Shown here piece by piece: positions 52,685 to 64,000 of a stretch of DNA of 64,000 bases. The first letter of the stretch is position 1; every line of letters begins with the position of its first letter. This DNA comes from Auanema rhodensis (lineage: Eukaryota > Animalia > Nematoda): NCBI GenBank assembly GCA_964057225.1, contig OZ059895.1, positions 3,038,001 to 3,102,000 of the forward strand, written 5' to 3'. The notes under the pieces were generated by a model. The model made no database searches, was not told the origin of the DNA, and saw only the letters and a list, made by a program, of their open reading frames with translations. A program made the position numbers and the translations under genes.

Positions 52685-55600
52685 AACATGTGATCAAATT
52701 CCAATTTTTTTGTATCTATCTTGTAAAGATAGTAATATATCATATGTTGAACACTATGTTGGAAAGATTTTCATTCAGATTTTTTAATTTTTATTCAGTT
52801 TGTTTTTTAAACTTTGATTAAGAACTTTGATTTTTGTACACCCATAAATTATACGCAGCACAGGTTACCCTTAAATAATGAACTGACCGACTAATTAGAC
52901 ATGGATCTTTCCAAGTTCTGTTGCTTGAACGGATGTTTTCCTACGTAGGCTAGTAAAACATGCCCTTCAAAGCATCAGAACATGTGATCACATTCCAATA
53001 TTTTTGTATCTATCTTGTAAAGATAGTAATATATCATATGTTGAACACTAAGTTGGAAAGATTTTAATTCAGATTTTCTAACTTTTATTCAGTTTGTTTT
53101 TTAAACTTTGATTAAGAACTTTGATTTTTGTACACCCATAAATTATACGCAGCACAGGTTACCCTTAAATAAAGAACTGACCGACTAATCAGACATGGAT
53201 CTTTCCAAGTTCTGTTGCTTGAATGGATGTTTTCCTACGTAGGCTAGTAAAACATGCCCTTCAAAGCATCAGAACATGTGATCAAATTCCAATTTTTTTG
53301 TATCTATCTTGTAAAGATAATAATATATCATATGTTGAACACTATGTTGGAAAGATTTTAATTCGGTTTTTTTAATTTTTATTCAGTTTGTTTTTCAAAC
53401 TTTGATTAAGAACTTTGATTTTTGTACACCCATAAATTATACGCAGCACAGGTTACCCTTAAATAAAGAACTGACCGACTAATCAGACATGGATCTTTCC
53501 AAGTTCTGTTGCTTGAATGGATGTTTTCCTACGTAGGCTAGTAAAACATGCCCTTCAAAGCATCAGAACATGTGATCAAATTCCAATTTTTTTGTATCTA
53601 TCTTGTAAAGATAGTAATATATCATATGTTGAACACTATGTTGGAAAGATTTTAATTCGGTTTTTTTAATTTTTATTCAGTTTGTTTTTTAAACTTTGAT
53701 TAAGAACTTTGATTTTTGTACACCCATAAATTATACGCAGCACAGGTTACCCTTAAATAAAGAACTGACCGACTAATCAGACATGGATCTTTCCAAGTTC
53801 TGTTGCTTGAATGGATGTTTTCCTACGTAGGCTAGTAAAACATGCCCTTCAAAGCATCAGAACATGTGATCAAATTCCAATTTTTTTGTATCTATCTTGT
53901 AAAGATAATAATATATCATATGTTGAACACTATGTTGGAAAGATTTTAATTCGGTTTTTTTAATTTTTATTCAGTTTGTTTTTTAAACTTTGATTAAGAA
54001 CTTTGATTTTTGTACACCCATAAATTATACGCAGCATAGGTTACCCTTAAATAATGAACTGACCGACTAATTAGACATGGATCTTTCCAAGTTCTGTTGC
54101 TTGAACGGATGTTTTCCTACGTAGGCTAGTAAAACATGCCCTTCAAAGCATCAGAACATGTGATCAAATTCCAATATTTTTGTATCTATCTTGTAAAGAT
54201 AGTAATATATCATATGTTGAACACTATGTTGGAAAGATTTTAATTCAGATTTTCTAACTTTTATTCAGTTTGTTTTTTAAACTTTGATTAAGAACTTTGA
54301 TTTTTGTACACCCATAAATTATACGCAGCACAGGTTACCCTTAAATAATGAACTGACCGACTAATCAGACATGGATCTTTCCTAGTTCTGTTGCTTGAAT
54401 GGATGTTTTCCTACGTAGGCTAGTAAAACATGCCCTTCAAAGCATCAGAACATGTGATCAAATTCCAATTTTTTTGTATCTATCTTGTGAAGATAGTAAT
54501 ATATCATATGTTGAACACTATGTTGGAAAGATTTTCATTCAGATTTTTTAATTTTTATTCAGTTTGTTTTTTAAACTTTGATTAAGAACTTTGATTTTTG
54601 TACACCCATAAATTATACGCAGCACAGGTTACCCTTAAATAATGAACTGACCGACTAATTAGACATGGATCTTTCCAAGTTCTGTTGCTTGAACGGATGT
54701 TTTCCTACGTAGGCTAGTAAAACATGCCCTTCAAAGCATCAGAACATGTGATCACATTCCAATATTTTTGTATCTATCTTGTAAAGATAGTAATATATCA
54801 TATGTTGAACACTATGTTGGAAAGATTTTAATTCAGATTTTCTAACTTTTATTCAGTTTGTTTTTTAAACTTTGATTAAGAACTTTGATTTTTGTACACC
54901 CATAAATTATACGCAGCACAGGTTACCCTTAAATAAAGAACTGACCGACTAATCAGACATGGATCTTTCCAAGTTCTGTTGCTTGAATGGATGTTTTCCT
55001 ACGTAGGCTAGTAAAACATGCCCTTCAAAGCATCAGAACATGTGATCAAATTCCAATTTTTTTGTATCTATCTTGTAAAGATAGTAATATATCATATGTT
55101 GAACACTATGTTGGAAAGATTTTAATTCGGTTTTTTTAATTTTTATTCAGTTTGTTTTTCAAACTTTGATTAAGAACTTTGATTTTTGTACACCCATAAA
55201 TTATACGCAGCACAGGTTACCCTTAAATAAAGAACTGACCGACTAATCAGACATGGATCTTTCCAAGTTCTGTTGCTTGAATGGATGTTTTCCTACGTAG
55301 GCTAGTAAAACATGCCCTTCAAAGCATCAGAACATGTGATCAAATTCCAATTTTTTTGTATCTATCTTGTAAAGATAGTAATATATCATATGTTGAACAC
55401 TATGTTGGAAAGATTTTAATTCGGTTTTTTTAATTTTTATTCAGTTTGTTTTTTAAACTTTGATTAAGAACTTTGATTTTTGTACACCCATAAATTATAC
55501 GCAGCACAGGTTACCCTTAAATAATGAACTGACCAACTAATCAGACATGGATCTTTCCTAGTTCTGTTGCTTGAATGGATGTTTTCCTACGTAGGCTAGT

Positions 55601-58600
55601 AAAACATGCCCTTCAAAGCATCAGAACTTGTGATCAAATTCCAATTTTTTTGTATCTATCTTGTAAAGATAGTAATATATCATATGTTGAACACTATGTT
55701 GGAAAGATTTTAATTCAGAATTTCGAACTTTTATTCAGTTTGTTTTTTAAACTTTGATTAAGAACTTTGATTTTTGTACACCCATAAATTATACGCAGCA
55801 CAGGTTACCCTTAATTAATGAACTGACCGACTAATCAGACATGGATCTTTCCAAGTTCTGTTGCTTGAACGGATGTTTTCCTACGAAGGCTAGTAAAACA
55901 TGCCCTTCAAAGCATCAGAACATGTGATCACATTCCAATATTTTTGTATCTATCTTGTAAAGATAGTAATATATCATATGTTGAACACTATGTTGGAAAG
56001 ATTTTAATTCAGATTTTCGAACTTTTATTCAGTTTGTTTTTTAAACTTTGATTAAGAACTTTGATTTTTGTACACCCATAAATTATACGCAGCACAGGTT
56101 ACCCTTAAATAATGAACTGACCGACTAATCAGACATGGATCTTTCCTAGTTCTGTTGCTTGAATGGATGTTTTCCTACGTAGGCTAGTAAAACATGCCCT
56201 TCAAAGCATCAGAACATGTGATCACATTCCAATTTTTTTGAAATCTATCTTGTAAAGATAGTAATAAACTTTGATTTTTGTACACCCATAAATTATACGC
56301 AGCACAGGTTACCCTTAAATAATGAACTGACCGACTAATCAGACATGGATCTTTCCTAGTTCTGTTGCTTGAATGGATGTTTTCCTACGTAGGCTAGTAA
56401 AACATGCCCTTCAAAGCATCAGAACATGTGATCACATTCCAATTTTTTTGTATCTTTCTTGTAAAGATAGTAATATATCATATGTTGAACACTATGTTGG
56501 AAAGATTTTAATTCAGATTTTCGAACTTTTATTCAGTTTGTTTTTTAAACTTTGATTAAGAACTTTGATTTTTGTACACCCATAAATTATACGCAGCACA
56601 GGTTACCCTTAATTAATGAACTGACCGACTAATCAGACATGGATCTTTCCAAGTTCTGTTGCTTGAACGGATGTTTTCCTACGAAGGCTAGTAAAACATG
56701 CCCTTCAAAGCATCAGAACATGTGATCACATTCCAATATTTTTGTATCTATCTTGTAAAGATAGTAATATATCATATGTTGAACACTATGTTGGAAAGAT
56801 TTTAATTCAGATTTTCTAACTTTTATTCAGTTTGTTTTTTAAACTTTGATTAAGAACTTTGATTTTTGTACACCCATAAATTATACGCAGCACAGGTTAC
56901 CCTTAAATAATGAACTGACCGACTAATCAGACATGGATCTTTCCTAGTTCTGTTGCTTGAATGGATGTTTTCCTACGTAGGCTAGTAAAACATGCCCTTC
57001 AAAGCATCAGAACATGTGATCACATTCCAATTTTTTTGAAATCTATCTTGTAAAGATAGTAATAAACTTTGATTTTTGTACACCCATAAATTATACGCAG
57101 CACAGGTTACCCTTAAATAATGAACTGACCGACTAATCAGACATGGATCTTTCCTAGTTCTGTTGCTTGAATGGATGTTTTCCTACGTAGGCTAGTAAAA
57201 CATGCCCTTCAAAGCATCAGAACATGTGATCACATTCCAATTTTTTTGTATCTTTCTTGTAAAGATAGTAATATATCATATGTTGAACACTATGTTGGAA
57301 AGATTTTAATTCAGATTTTCGAACTTTTATTCAGTTTGTTTTTTAAACTTTGATTAAGAACTTTGATTTTTGTACACCCATAAATTATACGCAGCACAGG
57401 TTACCCTTAATTAATAAACTGACCGACTAATCAGACATGGATCTTTCCAAGTTCTGTTGCTTGAACGGATGTTTTCCTACGAAGGCTAGTAAAACATGCC
57501 CTTCAAAGCATCAGAACATGTGATCACATTCCAATATTTTTGTATCTATCTTGTAAAGATAGTAATATATCATATGTTGAACACTATGTTGGAAAGATTT
57601 TAATTCAGATTTTCTAACTTTTATTCAGTTTGTTTTTTAAACTTTGATTAAGAACTTTGATTTTTGTACACCCATAAATTATACGCAGCACAGGTTACCC
57701 TTAAATAATGAACTGACCGACTAATCAGACATGGATCTTTCCTAGTTCTGTTGCTTGAATGGATGTTTTCCTACGTAGGCTAGTAAAACATGCCCTTCAA
57801 AGCATCAGAACATGTGATCACATTCCAATTTTTTTGAAATCTATCTTGTAAAGATAGTAATAAACTTTGATTTTTGTACACCCATAAATTATACGCAGCA
57901 CAGGTTACCCTTAAATAATGAACTGACCGACTAATCAGACATGGATCTTTCCTAGTTCTGTTGCTTGAATGGATGTTTTCCTACGTAGGCTAGTAAAACA
58001 TGCCCTTCAAAGCATCAGAACATGTGATCACATTCCAATTTTTTTGAAATCTATCTTGTAAAGATAGTAATAAACTTTGATTTTTGTACACCCATAAATT
58101 ATACGCAGCACAGGTTACCCTTAAATAATGAACTGACCGACTAATCAGACATGGATCTTTCCAAGTTCTGTTGCTTGAATGGATGTTTTCCTACGTAGGC
58201 TAGTAAAACATGCCCTTCAAAGCATCAGAACATGTGATCAAATTCCAATTTTTTTGTATCTATCTTGTAAAGATAGTAATATATCATATGTTGAACACTA
58301 TGTTGGAAAGATTTTAATTCGGTTTTTTTAATTTTTATTCAGTTTGTTTTTTAAACTTTGATTAAGAACTTTGATTTTTGTACACCCATAAATTATACGC
58401 AGCACAGGTTACCCTTAATTAATGAACTGACCGACTAATCAGACATGGATCTTTCCAAGTTCTGTTGCTTGAACGGATGTTTTCCTACGAAGGCTAGTAA
58501 AACATGCCCTTCAAAGCATCAGAACATGTGATCACATTCCAATATTTTTGTATCTATCTTGTAAAGATAGTAATATATCATATGTTGAACACTATGTTGG

Positions 58601-61600
58601 AAAGATTTTAATTCAGATTTTCTAACTTTTATTCAGTTTGTTTTTTAAACTTTGATTAAGAACTTTGATTTTTGTACACCCATAAATTATACGCAGCACA
58701 GGTTACCCTTAAATAATGAACTGACCGACTAATCAGACATGGATCTTTCCTAGTTCTGTTGCTTGAATGGATGTTTTCCTACGTAGGCTAGTAAAACATG
58801 CCCTTCAAAGCATCAGAACATGTGATCACATTCCAATTTTTTTGAAATCTATCTTGTAAAGATAGTAATAAACTTTGATTTTTGTACACCCATAAATTAT
58901 ACGCAGCACAGGTTACCCTTAAATAATGAACTGACCGACTAATCAGACATGGATCTTTCCTAGTTCTGTTGCTTGAATGGATGTTTTCCTACGTAGGCTA
59001 GTAAAACATGCCCTTCAAAGCATCAGAACATGTGATCACATTCCAATTTTTTTGTATCTTTCTTGTAAAGATAGTAATATATCATATGTTGAACACTATG
59101 TTGGAAAGATTTTAATTCAGATTTTCGAACTTTTATTCAGTTTGTTTTTTAAACTTTGATTAAGAACTTTGATTTTTGTACACCCATAAATTATACGCAG
59201 CACAGGTTACCCTTAATTAATGAACTGACCGACTAATCAGACATGGATCTTTCCAAGTTCTGTTGCTTGAATGGATGTTTTCCTACGTAGGCTAGTAAAA
59301 CATGCCCTTCAAAGCATCAGAACATGTGATCACATTCCAATTTTTTTGAAATCTATCTTGTAAAGATAGTAATAAACTTTGATTTTTGTACACCCATAAA
59401 TTATACGCAGCACAGGTTACCCTTAAATAATGAACTGACCGACTAATCAGACATGGATCTTTCCAAGTTCTGTTGCTTGAATGGATGTTTTCCTACGTAG
59501 GCTAGTAAAACATGCCCTTCAAAGCATCAGAACATGTGATCAAATTCCAATTTTTTTGTATCTATCTTGTAAAGATAGTAATATATCATATGTTGAACAC
59601 TATGTTGGAAAGATTTTAATTCGGTTTTTTTAATTTTTATTCAGTTTGTTTTTTAAACTTTGATTAAGAACTTTGATTTTTGTACACCCATAAATTATAC
59701 GCAGCACAGGTTACCCTTAAATAAAGAACTGACCGACTAATCAGACATGGATCTTTCCAAGTTCTGTTGCTTGAATGGATGTTTTCCTACGTAGGCTAGT
59801 AAAACATGCCCTTCAAAGCATCAGAACATGTGATCAAATTCCAATTTTTTTGTATCTATCTTGTAAAGATAATAATATATCATATGTTGAACACTATGTT
59901 GGAAAGATTTTAATTCGGTTTTTTTAATTTTTATTCAGTTTGTTTTTTAAACTTTGATTAAGAACTTTGATTTTTGTACACCCATAAATTATACGCAGCA
60001 TAGGTTACCCTTAAATAATGAACTGACCGACTAATTAGACATGGATCTTTCCAAGTTCTGTTGCTTGAACGGATGTTTTCCTACGTAGGCTAGTAAAACA
60101 TGCCCTTCAAAGCATCAGAACATGTGATCAAATTCCAATATTTTTGTATCTATCTTGTAAAGATAGTAATATATCATATGTTGAACACTATGTTGGAAAG
60201 ATTTTAATTCAGATTTTCTAACTTTTATTCAGTTTGTTTTTTAAACTTTGATTAAGAACTTTGATTTTTGTACACCCATAAATTATACGCAGCACAGGTT
60301 ACCCTTAAATAATGAACTGACCGACTAATCAGACATGGATCTTTCCTAGTTCTGTTGCTTGAATGGATGTTTTCCTACGTAGGCTAGTAAAACATGCCCT
60401 TCAAAGCATCAGAACATGTGATCAAATTCCAATTTTTTTGTATCTATCTTGTGAAGATAGTAATATATCATATGTTGAACACTATGTTGGAAAGATTTTC
60501 ATTCAGATTTTTTAATTTTTATTCAGTTTGTTTTTTAAACTTTGATTAAGAACTTTGATTTTTGTACACCCATAAATTATACGCAGCACAGGTTACCCTT
60601 AAATAATGAACTGACCGACTAATTAGACATGGATCTTTCCAAGTTCTGTTGCTTGAACGGATGTTTTCCTACGTAGGCTAGTAAAACATGCCCTTCAAAG
60701 CATCAGAACATGTGATCACATTCCAATATTTTTGTATCTATCTTGTAAAGATAGTAATATATCATATGTTGAACACTATGTTGGAAAGATTTTAATTCAG
60801 ATTTTCTAACTTTTATTCAGTTTGTTTTTTAAACTTTGATTAAGAACTTTGATTTTTGTACACCCATAAATTATACGCAGCACAGGTTACCCTTAAATAA
60901 AGAACTGACCGACTAATCAGACATGGATCTTTCCAAGTTCTGTTGCTTGAATGGATGTTTTCCTACGTAGGCTAGTAAAACATGCCCTTCAAAGCATCAG
61001 AACATGTGATCAAATTCCAATTTTTTTGTATCTATCTTGTAAAGATAGTAATATATCATATGTTGAACACTATGTTGGAAAGATTTTAATTCGGTTTTTT
61101 TAATTTTTATTCAGTTTGTTTTTCAAACTTTGATTAAGAACTTTGATTTTTGTACACCCATAAATTATACGCAGCACAGGTTACCCTTAAATAAAGAACT
61201 GACCGACTAATCAGACATGGATCTTTCCAAGTTCTGTTGCTTGAATGGATGTTTTCCTACGTAGGCTAGTAAAACATGCCCTTCAAAGCATCAGAACATG
61301 TGATCAAATTCCAATTTTTTTGTATCTATCTTGTAAAGATAGTAATATATCATATGTTGAACACTATGTTGGAAAGATTTTAATTCGGTTTTTTTAATTT
61401 TTATTCAGTTTGTTTTTTAAACTTTGATTAAGAACTTTGATTTTTGTACACCCATAAATTATACGCAGCACAGGTTACCCTTAAATAATGAACTGACCAA
61501 CTAATCAGACATGGATCTTTCCTAGTTCTGTTGCTTGAATGGATGTTTTCCTACGTAGGCTAGTAAAACATGCCCTTCAAAGCATCAGAACTTGTGATCA

Positions 61601-64000
61601 AATTCCAATTTTTTTGTATCTATCTTGTAAAGATAGTAATATATCATATGTTGAACACTATGTTGGAAAGATTTTAATTCAGAATTTCGAACTTTTATTC
61701 AGTTTGTTTTTTAAACTTTGATTAAGAACTTTGATTTTTGTACACCCATAAATTATACGCAGCACAGGTTACCCTTAATTAATGAACTGACCGACTAATC
61801 AGACATGGATCTTTCCAAGTTCTGTTGCTTGAACGGATGTTTTCCTACGAAGGCTAGTAAAACATGCCCTTCAAAGCATCAGAACATGTGATCACATTCC
61901 AATATTTTTGTATCTATCTTGTAAAGATAGTAATATATCATATGTTGAACACTATGTTGGAAAGATTTTAATTCAGATTTTCGAACTTTTATTCAGTTTG
62001 TTTTTTAAACTTTGATTAAGAACTTTGATTTTTGTACACCCATAAATTATACGCAGCACAGGTTACCCTTAAATAATGAACTGACCGACTAATCAGACAT
62101 GGATCTTTCCTAGTTCTGTTGCTTGAATGGATGTTTTCCTACGTAGGCTAGTAAAACATGCCCTTCAAAGCATCAGAACATGTGATCACATTCCAATTTT
62201 TTTGAAATCTATCTTGTAAAGATAGTAATAAACTTTGATTTTTGTACACCCATAAATTATACGCAGCACAGGTTACCCTTAAATAATGAACTGACCGACT
62301 AATCAGACATGGATCTTTCCTAGTTCTGTTGCTTGAATGGATGTTTTCCTACGTAGGCTAGTAAAACATGCCCTTCAAAGCATCAGAACATGTGATCACA
62401 TTCCAATTTTTTTGTATCTTTCTTGTAAAGATAGTAATATATCATATGTTGAACACTATGTTGGAAAGATTTTAATTCAGATTTTCGAACTTTTATTCAG
62501 TTTGTTTTTTAAACTTTGATTAAGAACTTTGATTTTTGTACACCCATAAATTATACGCAGCACAGGTTACCCTTAATTAATGAACTGACCGACTAATCAG
62601 ACATGGATCTTTCCAAGTTCTGTTGCTTGAACGGATGTTTTCCTACGAAGGCTAGTAAAACATGCCCTTCAAAGCATCAGAACATGTGATCACATTCCAA
62701 TATTTTTGTATCTATCTTGTAAAGATAGTAATATATCATATGTTGAACACTATGTTGGAAAGATTTTAATTCAGATTTTCTAACTTTTATTCAGTTTGTT
62801 TTTTAAACTTTGATTAAGAACTTTGATTTTTGTACACCCATAAATTATACGCAGCACAGGTTACCCTTAAATAATGAACTGACCGACTAATCAGACATGG
62901 ATCTTTCCTAGTTCTGTTGCTTGAATGGATGTTTTCCTACGTAGGCTAGTAAAACATGCCCTTCAAAGCATCAGAACATGTGATCACATTCCAATTTTTT
63001 TGAAATCTATCTTGTAAAGATAGTAATAAACTTTGATTTTTGTACACCCATAAATTATACGCAGCACAGGTTACCCTTAAATAATGAACTGACCGACTAA
63101 TCAGACATGGATCTTTCCTAGTTCTGTTGCTTGAATGGATGTTTTCCTACGTAGGCTAGTAAAACATGCCCTTCAAAGCATCAGAACATGTGATCACATT
63201 CCAATTTTTTTGTATCTTTCTTGTAAAGATAGTAATATATCATATGTTGAACACTATGTTGGAAAGATTTTAATTCAGATTTTCGAACTTTTATTCAGTT
63301 TGTTTTTTAAACTTTGATTAAGAACTTTGATTTTTGTACACCCATAAATTATACGCAGCACAGGTTACCCTTAATTAATAAACTGACCGACTAATCAGAC
63401 ATGGATCTTTCCAAGTTCTGTTGCTTGAACGGATGTTTTCCTACGAAGGCTAGTAAAACATGCCCTTCAAAGCATCAGAACATGTGATCACATTCCAATA
63501 TTTTTGTATCTATCTTGTAAAGATAGTAATATATCATATGTTGAACACTATGTTGGAAAGATTTTAATTCAGATTTTCTAACTTTTATTCAGTTTGTTTT
63601 TTAAACTTTGATTAAGAACTTTGATTTTTGTACACCCATAAATTATACGCAGCACAGGTTACCCTTAAATAATGAACTGACCGACTAATCAGACATGGAT
63701 CTTTCCTAGTTCTGTTGCTTGAATGGATGTTTTCCTACGTAGGCTAGTAAAACATGCCCTTCAAAGCATCAGAACATGTGATCACATTCCAATTTTTTTG
63801 AAATCTATCTTGTAAAGATAGTAATAAACTTTGATTTTTGTACACCCATAAATTATACGCAGCACAGGTTACCCTTAAATAATGAACTGACCGACTAATC
63901 AGACATGGATCTTTCCTAGTTCTGTTGCTTGAATGGATGTTTTCCTACGTAGGCTAGTAAAACATGCCCTTCAAAGCATCAGAACATGTGATCACATTCC

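Larger units (their letters stand above)
38276..64000. repeat. Satellite DNA array, same family and orientation, right segment (about 90 monomers, continues beyond window end)
   Basis: The array resumes in register at aacatgcccttc (38276), completing the monomer broken at 34506. Confidence 0.99.

Noticed and set aside
84-63317. Repeated 60-86 aa ORFs (MDVFLRRLVKHALQS...) in the satellite as a tandem gene family
   Set aside because: They appear only when particular variants coincide. Many monomers have ACG for the ATG, or early stops and frameshifts, so the frame is not conserved, and no domain is recognisable.
1-64000. CRISPR array
   Set aside because: No unique spacers and no cas genes; whole 294-bp units repeat.

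Overview
Almost the whole window is one head-to-tail array of an AT-rich eukaryotic satellite with a 294-295 bp monomer (roughly 210 monomers by length estimate, running off both ends). It is interrupted once, at 34507-38275, by a 3,769-bp LTR retroelement on the minus strand. The element has two 336-bp LTRs that are identical by eye, a 4-bp target-site duplication (AACA) and a 13-nt tRNA-Gln-type primer-binding site. Its only long ORF is a Ty3/gypsy-type gag; I see no protease, RT, RNase H or integrase. Unusual points: the LTRs end CG...CG rather than TG...CA, there is no polypurine tract next to the 3' LTR, gag runs into the 3' LTR, and Gag has an Asn/Gln/Tyr/Arg-rich tail instead of a zinc knuckle. 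The satellite monomer is rich in nested inverted repeats, and the element sits in one arm of the largest hairpin. The array shows a recurrent 85-bp-deleted monomer, regional variant layers and multi-kb block duplications. The short ORFs in the satellite are not treated as genes. The host species and any centromeric role cannot be determined from this sequence alone; all comparisons were made by eye.
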